Assembly: GCF_000143415.4 (NCBI RefSeq)
Contig: NW_003314362.1
Span: 248,001 to 312,000 of the forward strand
Direction of reading: 5' to 3'
DNA: 64,000 nucleotides
Source: Selaginella moellendorffii
Taxonomy: Eukaryota > Plantae > Lycopodiophyta
Shown one piece after another: positions 12,454 through 25,289 of this stretch. A program made the translations under genes and the position numbers. The stretch's first letter is position 1. Each line of letters opens with the position of its first letter. Under the pieces are notes generated by a model. That model was not told where the DNA came from, made no database searches, and saw only the letters and a program-made list of their open reading frames with translations.

Positions 12454-12516
12454 TGCCCTTGCGCCATTTGCTATTTGGACGAAGCTTACATGTAGTTAAC
12501 GAATGGTTCCATCGCA

Positions 12517-12780
12517 TTGTTCTTGACGACGAGGAGGAGACGCTGCTCTGATCGTCATAGATTCCTCGCGAATTTCGTCATGGAAATGTATGGAAAGTGC
12601 GGGCGCGCCGCGGATGCCTTGGGTGTCCTCCACAAAATGGAAGATGGAAATGTTTTCTTCTGGAACGCATTTGCCCACAGCAGGCAAATGCCAGAAGTTC
12701 TGGTGCTCTTTCGGCAAATGCTCGTCGATATCGAATTCTTGCAGCTATCAAAGGCGATGTGGCGGAGATCCAGGTGAGAA
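12517..12780 (+). pseudogene. PLS-class PPR remnant
   Basis: FLANFVMEMYGKCGRAADALGVLHKMEDGNVFFWNA; frameshifted. Related pieces at ~22050-23600 and ~42280-42600. Confidence 0.75.
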
Positions 12781-14145
12781 ACACATGGTGAGAAACACCA
12801 GGAACCTCGACTTAAGTTGGCAGAAGGCCCGCTCCAGGCCTGGTTGAAAGACTACTGCTGGAGGGTAAATCAACCACGGCCTTTGGAGGAGGCCATACCC
12901 CTGCTGTCTGATCTCCTCGCAATCCTGGAGCTGAGACAATAACACCGTCACCATCTTTGGCTTGTCGTTGTAGTAATTGGAGCTTGGGGCGGCGATTGGG
13001 ATGCCAGTCTCGAGCTCACACGGCAATGCCCTGGTTCCACCCGATGCAAGTGTCTGTCCAGTTCTTGGCAGAAGAAGATCTCGGCGATGGCATGCTCGCC
13101 AACGGAGCACCGTAACGCGGCGATGATTAGCGCGTGGATCTCCCCTGGATCGGCATTGATAGCTGCCAAGAGAAATAACTGGATGCTCGAAAAAGAGTAA
13201 CAAGGGCAAATGCCGCGATCGCAATCTTCCACGAGAAAGAACCTCGATCTTTCATCTTCTGGAAGATTTCCAGCGCCCGCACTTTCCATACCTTTCTATG
13301 ACCAGATTAGCAAGGAACCTCGAGGCCGCTGGAGACGATTTTCCTCGTGGATGCGCCTTCCCCCTCCCAGATCTGTGCTCACCGCATTCTCGGCCAGGCG
13401 CCCACCGCTGGAGATCGCTCCTCCTTCCTGCAAATCTTCGCTGGATGGCACCTCCTCGTCAAGGCTCAAGAACGATGCCATGGAAAACCACCGCCATTGC
13501 CATTATACGCTACTGCTGCACATTTTCGATCCAGGGGGCTCTTTACCCGGGCGGTGTGCTGCTGCCGGGCGTGCTCTATGAGTCGAGCAGCATGGTCTTT
13601 CTTCTCAGTCTCAGACATCTTCAAACTAGGCTCACAAGCACAAGCACTGCTTTTCCGCGGTATGTATGGTTCTTCTCGTGCTCATTTTGTTTATACTCTT
13701 GTCCAGTCCAGATCGCTTCATTCCTCATCTTCGCCACCCTTTGGCCTCGAGCATTTTCCAAGATAAAATGGAGGCCTGTAGTTCATCAACATCCAAGGCG
13801 TGGAGTGACCACAGCGCAACTTGTGATGAGATGAGTTGGTGACCTGGTATACGTTTTTTGTGTTATGCCATCTGCTCTTTGGAAACTTTTGAGAAAGCTT
13901 GCTCTGAGCTGATTGAGTTTGAGCTTGGTCAAGGCTCTCACAGGTTTATTGGATCTCTGGTGCAACCCTGGAGTTTTGTTTGCGGGTGAGTAAGCTTTCA
14001 CGGTTTCAGAGCAATATATTATATTATTGCCAAGAGAAGGCATCAAAACTTGGAGCTCCAGAGTCTCACGCCCCGAGGATTTGAAAGGATCCAAACCTAT
14101 GGACCTCCAGCTTGGACAACCAAGTGAAGAATAGATTCTCGGGAC

Positions 14146-14410
14146 CATGGTGCCTGGATCAAATCAAACTCGAGCTCAGACAAGCCATCTTCCAGAACAA
14201 TATCTTAAACGGATGTTGCTGGTTCTTGTTGCAGCATACTTATACTTTGTTTCTCAAAAGTAGCTTCTGCATCAGCTGCTTGCTCAGATTGAGATGCAGA
14301 GTCCATCCAACCCGTTTTGTTTGCCATGGCCTTGCCAGAGCATGGAGAAAGTGAGAGTTTCATTCCATCGAGAAGAGAATGGTTTCTTTCTTGAGCTTGA
14401 CAGCAGCAAC
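14146..14410 (-). pseudogene. Deletion-riddled YbeY gene fragment; other copies at ~7720-7980 and ~18455-18710
   Basis: [14 protein letters not shown]...KAMA...SASQSEQAAD matches exons at 51560-51860. GTGCCTGGATCAAATCAAACT matches the intron/exon junction at ~51380. Confidence 0.8.
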
Positions 14411-14489
14411 GCGCTGCGCGCCATGCGCCCACAAAACGAAAATCTCTTGCGCCGCTGTTTACATGATGGTATACGTTAAGAAGCAATTA

Positions 14490-14600
14490 GTGTAGACTTT
14501 GGACGGGAACCTGATGGCCGGATATCTGGCTAGAATAAAAAAATATATTGGCAAGGTCACAGGTTCGAACCCACAGCCAGAGACCCAATCAAATTTTTTT
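14490..14600 (+). repeat. Representative of a ~110-bp dispersed B-box repeat (10 copies: ~9520, 10250, 11355, 14490, 20230, 20980, 36258, 46455, 48465, 49295)
   Basis: Consensus TTGGACGGGAACCTG(A/T)TGGCCGGATATCTGGCTAGAATAAA..TTATTGGCAAGGTCACAGGTTCGAA(T/C)CCACAGCCAGAGA, found in both orientations. Confidence 0.9.
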
Positions 14601-16503
14601 GTATGAACGAGGGATTTCTCTTCTCCGCAAAGTCGCTCTCGGCAGCGTTGCTGGAGCTAAATCTTCTCTCGTGCCGATCCCCCCGAATGATCCACGGTTC
14701 AGGCTCTTGGATCGCGCGATATTCCCTTTCGCTGGCAAATGCGAGCAGCAAGAACAGGGCATTCGATCGATGCGGCGTCAATCTTGTTCGATTATCGTCT
14801 CCTGGAACGCGATGGTCACCGCGTATGTGGCGGCATCCCGCATCCGAGAGTGAGAGTCTATGTTTGATTGCGTCTCAGAGCGCCATGGAACTCGATGATA
14901 ATGGCGCTCGCGCAGCAGGGGCAAATTGTGGCAGCGAAATCGAGCTTGGCCGGGCAAGGATCTGGTGTCCTGGACGAATCTACTGCCCAGAATGACAGGA
15001 CGTTCCATGGGTTCCCCTTCCAGCAGTGAATAGCAGAGGGGGGATTTGGCCACCTCCAAAGAAATGTTTGATTTCATGCCGGATGAAGACGGTATTGATT
15101 CGGCCAGTAGCTGCTCTCCAGGATCCGCGCGTGGATCCTCTGGCCTCGCAGCCCCTGGATGTCGTCCACGTGGACAATCAGATGGATTCCAAATCTTGTT
15201 TTTCAAATAAGAGGTGCTGAAATAATATTTTGTTATCTCCCAGTGTTCATGGCTTTGTGGTTATAGCATGCACGCTGTAATGTTCTATTGTGAAGGGTTG
15301 CTGGGTTCGATTCCCATCCGCCTCGACTTTCAATTAAGAATAGTACGGTGTTAGGGTCGCCCCCTAACATGAACACTATTTTATTATTTTATTATTAAAT
15401 TAACTGAACTTTTAAACGCAGTTTATATTAGTGGTAACTACAAACAAATAAAAGGTTAAGAGCGATACATCACAGCCGTTGGATTAAAGGATATCTTAGA
15501 ATATACCATCCAAACCGTTAGATTTTAGTGCAGCTACGGTTTCGCGAGGTGAGAGAGACTCGGGTATTCGTCTTCCTCTGTGCAGCGGAAAGCTGCCATC
15601 TCTCGATGTTTGGGTGGCTTGAATCCCTCGGAGCTCTCCATCCGGTTGCACCCAGACAAAGGCAACGTTTTCCATCCCCTCTCTCTCAACTACACAACGG
15701 GCCTGTCGTGCCGGACTTGGGACGAGCTGGTCCAGGAGCTCAGCTGCATCTATTCTGACGCAATTGCTTCGCTCCCTGACACATTCCTTCCGGACGCCAA
15801 GACGCGGCAAAATGCGGCGATCATCCAAGGCATCCAGCCGCCCAAGGACGAAAGGGAGCCGGCTTGGATGTCGAAAACCGAAAACCGAAAGATTCCAAGG
15901 ATTCAAATGAAGAAACCTCGATACCCAAAGAGCCTCACCATGGATTTTAGACGATTCCTGGTGCCGGATAGCCACACACAAAAATTTTTTCAAAAAATGG
16001 ATGGATTTAACAGCAAATGAAATCAATCAAGATGTGGACGTTAGATCTTGCTTCACCTGATATATAGAAGCGACTATGTTCAGGAAGTGAAATCTCCCAT
16101 TACCAAGACAAAATATGTAGATCCTATTTTAAAAGCTTCGAAGTGATTACTGTATTGATGCTATTCGTGATGGATAAAGTAGTATCCTAAGAATTGCAAC
16201 GACTTCCATCATTAGGACCATCCAAGGCGTCGTTGCCCTCACGAAGAACAGCTTCAGTCAAATCCCGGAGAAGAATCCAGTACCGTGGATCCTCGCATTT
16301 GCGAGAATGGGCATTTTGACAAGGCCGTTCACGAGATCCTGCGCAAGACCATTGTCTGCTGGATAGCTCTCACGCAAGTTTCAACTTGAGCGCCGCCAGG
16401 AGCATGTTTGAGAGCATGAAGATGCGCACCTTAGTTTCCTGGACCACCAACGCTCAAAACGCTTGAAGGACAAAATCAGGAGTCAGAACCATACTCAGGT
16501 GCT

Positions 16504-17201
16504 TCAATCCCTTTCGAAAGCTTCCACAGTCAGACCGTTTGCTTCTACATCCCAAAGAAACCAGGGGATACCTCCAAACCATTCAAACGCCATTTCAGCA
16601 GCATTCACTCTCTGTGTTATCTCTTTGGCTTCTTCCGATCCACTCTCGTAGTCTGTCACGCGTTTCCTCCAAGAAGACACAAGAGCATCGTACTCGTGCT
16701 TTTCCCACGCAGGCAGATAGCGAGTGAACGTTGTCCGCTTGGCTTTTCTGACATTGAACTCGTCTGGTGATGAAGCAGCAACAAGGGTTTTATTTCCAAC
16801 CATCCGCCCCAAGTCCACTCACAGATCGATGAGATGGTATCTACTTTGCTGTCCAGCACAATCTCCTGAGGGAAGTCTTCTCTATTCACCACCCTGAGTT
16901 TTGTTACCCTTGAACATCAAAACAGTCGCTCTGGACTCGTAGATCATGACCGGAAGTACCAGACGAATGCAGGCTTACCAACCCCCGAATTTCCATTCAA
17001 ATGGCAGCACAACATCCACATGAACGGCACCAAGATCTTCCTGATCTGTTTGTACAACCCATCGAATATCTCCTTCACGTACAGCTTCAGAATATTGCTG
17101 TGGAATGTGGTCAGATGAGCACCTTGAGCAAGAAATTTCATCCGTTCCAGATGGAACATTGATCCACCATGCCTGCTGAGATCTCCTAACATAGACTGCA
17201 T
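16504..17201 (-). pseudogene. Crinkler/RHS-type P-loop NTPase remnant
   Basis: LYVKEIFDGLYKQI...GNSGVGK (degenerate Walker A), then TLVAASSPD...RYLPAW...FEWFGGIP. This is the motif order of CR/RHS NTPases, split over frames by stops and shifts. Confidence 0.65.
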
Positions 17202-18259
17202 GTTCCCACAGGAGGCAAAGCATATTATTGTACGTTTTAATTGAAAAGCATTTAGCTCAAGCGTTACAATGAGCTATCCAATAAGAGCACAACTCCCTAA
17301 AATGGACATTCCAACAATGGCCTAATCTTCATTATTGAGCTTAGTCCTGGGTTCATTTTAAAAGATTGTAACCGAGCTTAGTCTTTGTACTGTGGGTTCC
17401 TTGTAAAAGATTGTAATTAGAAGCTCTATTAGCTAAAAGAGTGATGGAATCACAAGGAATCCAATCACGGTGGCGTTCTTCAGGCCACTTTAGCACACGA
17501 CAATGACATCCTCAATGTTAACAATCCACCTTGCGTGTACTAGTGCTCCACGATCGGGCAAGCCTCTGCATAGGTTCATCATTTGGCAAGGAGCCCCACG
17601 TAGCTACATGTTATAACTTATGCTCTAGCATTCTTGAGGCCAGTTTCGTCCTACTAGATGGTACATCCTGACAAAGAACTTTTCTGATTTCGGAAGTGAA
17701 TGTGATCTAGTCGGGAGCCATTCCTTCCAAGACCATCTCCTGGTAGAGGATCAAATTAAAGCGTGGAAGAAATTCCCAGTGAGAGTGTAGGCCTAGCAGT
17801 CCATGCGACAATGTTGTGGCACTCGGGCATTTGATCGAACATTGCCCGTGCCATGTGTGTGTGTAGAACTCATGCTTTTCCACGGTATGTATGGTTCTTC
17901 TCGTGCTCATTTTGCTTATACTATTGTCCAGATTGCTTCATTCCTCATAGATGTATTTTCCAAGATAAATGGAGGCCTGTAGTTCATCAACATCCAAGGC
18001 GTGGAGTGACCACAATGCAACTTGTGATGAGATGAGTTTGTGACCTTTGTATTATGCCTTCTGCTCTTTGGAAACTTTTGAGACAGCTTGTTCTCAGCTG
18101 ATTGAGTTTAAGCTCGGTCAAGGCTTTCACAAGATTGGACAATAGTGTGAAAGACAAATGCCAAAACCATGTGTTTGAGGACAAGCTTAACTAGCTAGTT
18201 GCACCAAGATCACCACCAATTCCATGAGGTGTGACTTGTTTATGTTGAATCTAGGATTT

Positions 18260-21200
18260 TCCTCAAGAGCTTCCCTGGTTTATTGGATGTCTGGTGCAAC
18301 CCTGGAGTTTTTTTTGCAGGTGAGTAAGCTTTCACGGTTTCAGAGCAATATATTATTGCCAAGAAAAGGCATCAAAAGTTGGAGCAGGATTTGAAAGGAT
18401 CGAAACCTATGGACCTCCAAGCTTTGACAACCAAGTGAAGAATAGATGGGACCAGGGTGCCTGGATCAAATCAAACTCGAGCTCAGCCAAGCCATCTTCC
18501 ACGACAATACCTTAAACGGCTGTTGCTGGTTCTTGTTGCAGCATACTTACGCTTTGTTTCTCAAAAGTAGCCTTTGCATCAGCTGCTTGTCAGATTGAGA
18601 CGAAGAGTCCACCCATTTTGTTTGCCATGGCCTCGCCAGAGCATGGAGCAAGTGAGAGTTTCATTCCATCGAGAAGAGAATGGTTTCTTTCTTGAGCTTG
18701 ACTGCAGCAGATTTTTCTAGACATGCAAAACAACAGAAATTTTATAAAATCCACCTTGCATATGTCTCATGAATAAGTTCGGACTTTTCAGGAGTATCGG
18801 TAGGCCTCAAGCTCCTCTTTGTTTATAAATTGTTTATAAATGTAAATGCTCTTGTGCAGGAAGCTTATGAATACTTCTTATGAAAAGCACCTCAACTCTT
18901 GTATCCATTTTCGTGGCTCGATTTTGGTAGCATCTGTAACGTTATGTGGCTGTAGAGTGGCTGTTGCCTGATGCATTCTTGAAACACTTTGCTCTCTTTA
19001 ACAGAAGAAACAGTCTGTTGTAACACACAAAGCTTAGACATTTTTCACCGCAAAAGGAAAGAAATATACCTTGAGGTATAGCCTGAAGCCGTGTCCCACA
19101 ACTTGACCCCCAAGGAAGTTAATCACCCATGTCGGAACAATGTCGAGCTTAAGGTCCAGGTGTATTACTGCTCTGTAAAAGAAGTAGTGACTGTCTTAAG
19201 AAGAAAACAAAAAAAAAAAAAAAACTAATAGCGTACCTTATGTAGCATTTCTCGTCGCTAATCTTCTGGAGGATGAATCCAGCGTTGGCTTCCATGCGAA
19301 TGACGCCCTCTTTTGGAGGAGGCAAATGAGAAGCATTAAAACCATGGATGGTCTCCTTGACGATAGTCTCTGCTTCCTGGGGGACCTGGCAAATCACCAC
19401 CATTGGAGTGAATAAAATAACAAAAGAGGCACAGTGATTGATAGCTTAACTGTTCGCAAGCAGCCAACCACGGCATCCAATTCAGGTAGCTCCAGTTCGA
19501 AAGACGTGACCAGCATTTCTCTTGTCGCAAACGGCCATGGAACCTTGCACCTGGCAAGAGCTTGTAGAATTTAAACACGGGACGGAGGAGCTGCTGCACT
19601 ACCACCAGCGTTGTGGCTTTTGGATTGATCAGCAGGGCACAAGGGATGTACGTTGTAGTGAAAGCATTGCTTTCCCACAGTTCATCTTTCGCCCTTTTTG
19701 CTCTAAATACTCTTGTTGTGGACAGCCACCTTTTGGCCCCGAGTACTTTCCATGCATTGCCCCCTCTTCTTCACACAGGGTGTGACTTGAAATTTCATGG
19801 ATTTTTTCTTGTTGCTGCTAGGAACAAGCATCAAACTTAGATAGAACACGACAAGAAAGCCCCTTGATGAAATCTCAAGCTCCCCAGGATTTGAAAGAAC
19901 AGAGAAGTACCTCCAGCCTTGTACTCTTAACTTTGCTGCTAATCAAGAGCGTGCCTGGATCAATTTAATCTTCAATGCTCAACCAAGCCATCTTCGGACA
20001 TTCAGTCGTTGGATGCAGGGAAACCTTGTTTCTCAAAAGAAGAAAAGGTAGGTTATCCCAGGGATTCAGTGGTGAAATCTTCATTCCATAATGGTTTCTT
20101 TCTTGAGCTTGACAACCGCAGAAAGGATGACAGCCTTATAAAACGTTCCCACGGGTTTAGAAAGGATGCTTAGAAATGAGCGAGAGCTTGCGCCGTTATG
20201 GTGAAGGTATGATATACGTTAAGAAGCAATTAGTGTCCGATTTGGACGGGAACCTGATGGCCGGATATCTGGCTAGAATAAACAAATATATTGGCAAGGT
20301 CACAGGTTCGAATCCACAGCCAGAGACCCAATCACAAAAGTTTGCAACGCTTCTCCCTCCTTTGCATCTTGTGATCAGAGCGAGCTCTTCTGCCTGCAGT
20401 CATCTCGGGATGAGAACTACTGGTCGTCCATAGCCCAAGACTACAGCATGTCCACGATCATGGAACATTTAAGATGCTTGGTGGATCTGCTGGGGAGATT
20501 TGGGAAGCTAGACGAGGCCAGTGTCGAGCCAAATTTCAGCGCTGGAAAATGAAAGAGTGGGGAAAAGTCCGATGCTAGTTGGACCTGTCCTCTGGGCTGG
20601 AGATCATGACTCACAGCCATTCGAAGGTTGCCAAAACTCTTGGGCATCGGTAAACCGATGTCCAGGGTCGTGTCCTGTCTCTGCTCCGCTCAATAGCTCG
20701 CGTTCCAGCTTGCAGAGTGTGCCGCTCAGCGTTCGTGTTCTTCCTTGGCAGTCTGCAGCACTCTGTGCGATCGTAACGAGGCTGTGCATTGCGAGTCACG
20801 CGAGGCGCAAGTTCCTATCGTTCCAAGCGAGAGACACATTCCAGGATCCTTTCCTTCTGGGCTAGATCGACCACTGTCTTTTTTGTCTCTCGAGCCTGCG
20901 GGAGGGAGAAACAAGGAAATTCCAATATCGCGGAGAAACTCCAACATCGCCTACACTTGAAAAAAGTGTTTTTAGGTGGTTCTCTGGCTGTGGATTCGAA
21001 CCTGTGAGCTTGCCAATAAATCTCTTTATTCTAGCCAGATATCCGGCCAACAGGTTCCCGTCCAAATTAAACATTAATAGCCTGTTAAAGTGTTTCGCTT
21101 GTTTTTGGCACGCGTGCTGATTTCTTGTTCCGTATCAATCACGTGGGCAAGGTCGCGCGAACGTTTCCAAGCCTCTCTTCTTGGTTCCAGGATTTTTTTT

Positions 21201-21730
21201 GGAGCAAAATTTGTTTCTCGGAACAAGAAAAGTTTCTGGAAAATGAGCAAGTTTGATTTGATCCAACCACCCTCTTGAAGAGCAGAGTTGAGAGGCATCT
21301 GGAAATGTCAAGAGTGGAGGTTGGGGTATTTATTTGTTTCTCTCTTCTTTGCAAGATCAAATCCTCTGGCCATGTTCAAGACCATGAAATTAAATACTCA
21401 CTCCCAAGGCACATCCCTGATTTGGTGCAACTGATTAGACTCAGAACCTGAGGATTGATGCACCAGTGATTCCGTTGTTATTCACTGCAGCCTGTGAGAG
21501 CCTTGATCGAGCGTCAGGTGAGAGCAAAGAAGAAGCATGACAAGCGGTGGAATGATACAACACAATGATCTGCAAGGACCCACGTCAAGCCACTGCGAGA
21601 AACTAGAGAGAAGAAAGGCTACGCTCTGGCTCAGCTCCACTCTTTCTTACATGAGATTGGCACAAGCGCGGCAGTCAAACGCTGCTCGAAAGTGTGGAGC
21701 AGCGTATCGTTATCCAGGTCGTCAGTAGTC
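18260..21730 (+). repeat. Segmental duplicate B, lacking the LTR insertion
   Basis: Matches 1-155 joined directly to 7684-11030. Confidence 0.92.
18892..19550 (-). pseudogene. START/SRPBCC-like protein, 3' exons (copy 2)
   Basis: Same exons as 8160-8820, in frame (LDLKLDIVPTWVINFLGGQVVGHGFRLYLK). Confidence 0.6.
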
Positions 21731-23667
21731 CTCGACGTCGCCGTGCCATTTGCTATTTTGACGAAGCACGTAGCCAGTGGTCTTTTCGGAGTATTCACAT
21801 TAATTTTTCGTGAATTACGTAAAGTCCGTGGGCGTGGATGCTTGCAACTCGCTGGACATGCTCTCGCGATGGAGGGGAATATCGCTAGAGAGGGCATGGT
21901 GCTCATGGCACCGCTCGGCATATTTATGCTCGCTGCCGTATTTCGACGAGATGTCTCTTAAGTCGGGATTTGCTGGAACTCGCTCCCTCAGAGCGAGGAA
22001 GCGCTGCAAATCTTCCGCGAGAAAATGTCAATGTGGGCCAACGGCAGTCCAAGGGATGGCGCGATCGCCAGCGCTGGACGCCTTCGCGGCTGCTCTGCGA
22101 GAATGCCGCGAGCACGGATCTCTGGGTGAGGGCAAGCGCATCCACGCACAGATCGCCTCCAGCGGCGTCTATGGTGAAGAATCTTATCATGGAAATGTAT
22201 GGGAATTGCGGGCGCACGGCGGATGCCTTGGAAGATGGAAGTTATTTTCTTGTGGAACATTGTTATCACGGCATTTGCCTAGAACGGGCAAATGTGATGG
22301 CGCTCTTTGGGGAAATTCTTGCCGATCTACATTCTTGCAGCCATCAATGCCCATGCGGCGTAGATCCATGCGCTACGCCGCTGGCCCGAATAGCTCCACT
22401 TCCATCGGCATAGCGCTGTTCGACGCCTACGGCAAGCTCACAGGAGATCGAATTCAAGGACCAACCGTAGATCCCTGGTGATGCTCCTCGAAGGGATCAG
22501 GCTCCCCTTTCAGCCTTTGTCGACGCGTGGCGATCACCGATGATCATAGGTCCACCTCTCGAGCTGTGATCTTATCCATTCGCTCACCGGTGAGGCCGGC
22601 TATCGCGATGCGATTACCTCGTGGATTGCAACTGCACGCGAGGATCAATGAGAGGGACATGAAGAGGAGAGATCGGAACACGTTCCTCTCAATCAGACCA
22701 AGTGGTCGACCACTTCCAGAGAATCCCAGCGGGATCGCTTGACGTTCTCGAGTGTTGCGCCTGTGGAGCAGGGCAGGATGATCCATGCTGGAGAGGAAGA
22801 TCGCTGGAGATGCTCCAGATGGTGCTGCTCAACATGTCTGCTCGCTGCCGATTGTTTTCGACGTGAGGAACAGCTCCTTGCTTTCGCTGGAAGCTTTCCC
22901 ATCGAGCGGTATGCCCGGAAAAGGCATTGCGTGGAGGCTCTTCAATGCTATTAACTTCTTCAGTGTTCTCGATAGCTGGAAAGGCGAACGGGGATAATAA
23001 TGCACGACCAACCCGATGGCGAGCTTGGGTCTTCTACCGACTCTCTCTGTGGGAGGAGCTCTTATCAACGAGTGCAGTGACTTGGATGGAGCAGCACAGG
23101 TTTTTAAGGAGATGCCCTGGCTTGGACGTTTCTAATTCGTCTATGGGAACTTGGTGCTTACAAGAGCGTTTTGATAGCGTGCCTGACAAAATCTTGTCTC
23201 CTGGAACGTTCTAATCAGTTCTTATGCAGAGATGGAGATGCCTTGGAAGTCCACCACAAGATGGAACTGGAGGGACTGAAACCGGATGATTCATTTCGTT
23301 TTCTCTGAAGGTAAGGCAACTCATTCTCATTGCAGCATCGGGATTTGATTCCAGCTGCTGGCTGCTGCAGGAGCAAAAGCTGTTTTTGATACAGTTACTT
23401 CCAAGGACGTTGTTTTGTAGACTGATTTGCTCATGGCTTACTCTCGAAACGGGGATGCAAAAGAAGCGCTTCTTGTTACTCCAAATGCCGTGGATAGCGT
23501 CGAAAGCAAGGACATCGTAACTTGGAACGTTATAGAAATGGCCATGGACGAGAAGCAGTCGGCTTTACCAAAAACTGTAGTAGACATCCTGGAGGAGGCA
23601 CTCATATGGATTCGTGGAGGCTGTTATTTAAGTTGATCGGGCTTTTTCCTTAGGTTACTAGTATCTG

Positions 23668-25105
23668 ATGGCAGTGCTCTTGTCCTCCGGTAACGCAAGG
23701 CTAGAATTATGGAGCAAAGTGCACATAGGCTATGGTAGAGCTCGGCAAAAGAGGGCGGCATGGAATCTAAGAGCAGGCTGTGGCGTTAGAGCGTCGTTAG
23801 ACGCACTCGTCTTCGACTGTGACGGGGTAATTCTCGAGTCGGAAGATTTGCACAGGCGAGCCTACAATGCGACGTTTGAGAATTTTGAGGTCCGGTGTCC
23901 AGGGAATAAGTCCCCAGTTGTGTGGAGCACAGAATTCTACGACGAGCTGCAGAACCAAATTGGAGGAGGAAAGCCAAAGATGAGATGGTTTTAGTGGTTT
24001 TAACTCTTCTTTTTTCTTTTGTGTTCTAACTTTGTGGTCTCATGGCAGGTACTTCAATAGGAACGGCTGGCCTTCCTCGAGCTTGTATAGCTCGCTCAAA
24101 GATGACGATGCGAAGGCCCAGCTCATCGACACACTTCAGGTGATTTAAATAGAATGCCGTGACTTCTTACATGGTTTGTGTGTAACTTTTAGGATTGGAA
24201 GACAAACAAGTACAAAGATATCATTGCGTCTGGAGCGGTAAAAATTGGCCTTAGTGTTTTGAAGTAACTTCCATTCATGCAGGTTGAGCCACGACCAGGA
24301 GTTCTTCGCCTAATGGATGAAGCTCGTGATATGGTTTTTTCTCAAAGCTTTTTTCCTTTCAGGTTTTCTAATCTGCCAGTGTGTCCAGGGAATTAAGGTG
24401 GCTGTTTGCTCAGCTGCAACAAAGAGCTCTGTAGTATTTTGTCTCACGAATTTGCTTGGCAAGGTAAATCTACTGAACGAACAGACTCGATCGGCACGAG
24501 GTTTTGATGTACGATCCTTCCACTGAGTTCAGGAAAGGTTTCAGCAATTAGATTGCTTTCTAGCAGGTCGAGTTTTTTCACACAAGAAGAATTATTCTCA
24601 CTGTTTCACAACAATGCAGGCGATGATGTCGAAGAAAAGAAGCCCAATCCAATGATCTACAAAGTCGCAGTAGAGGTAAACGTGGTTTTGTGCAGTTTCA
24701 TTCACTTCCTTTGTTCTTCAGAAACTTGGAGCAACCCCGGACAAGTGTATCGTGATAGAAGACAGCGTCATTGGTCTCAAAGTATATACGTGCTCTTAAA
24801 TCTCATGGACTTGCTACTATTTTTCCTTGTGTATTCAGGCAGCAGTGGGTGCTGGTATGAAATGCGTAGTGACTTTCACAAGTTCTACAAGCAAGCAGGT
24901 TTGTAATTTCCGTATGTTTCCATGGTTGATTTATTTGGTATGAAAGCACAGGATTTTAGCGAAGCTGCAGCTGTATTCTCCAGCTTGGAAACCGTGAGGT
25001 GGGTCTTCAGATTGCAAAAGGATCCCGCACTCTTTCCATTTTCTTTTGTTTAGTTTGGATCACCTCGTGAAGTTACTGGACGAACGTGTGATTGCTACTG
25101 GCTAA
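23668..25105 (+). CDS. HAD-superfamily hydrolase, CbbY-related, with plastid transit peptide; multi-exon
   Basis: ALVFDCDGVILESEDLHRRAYN (DxD motif I), GGGKPKMRW|YF, VAVCSAAT, GDDVEEKKPNP, VIEDSVIGL. Short GT-AG introns; stop TAA at 25103-25105. Confidence 0.92.
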
Positions 25106-25289
25106 ATTCGTCTATGAGCTTAAAGGAGAGTTCTTTCGCCAACATAAATCGATGCAAACTTTGTGTCTGTGAAACACAACTATTTTGCCTATATACTAGG
25201 CTCAAGATGTGTTCAGCTGTAGTTTCCAGCTTCAAAAGTGTAAACGTTCCTCTCTCTTGAAGCTATAAAAGCCTACACATCACAGGAAT

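Noticed and set aside
15341-15380. Helitron 3' end at the TGTTAGGG..CCCTAACA hairpin
   Set aside because: No CTRR at the expected distance on either strand.
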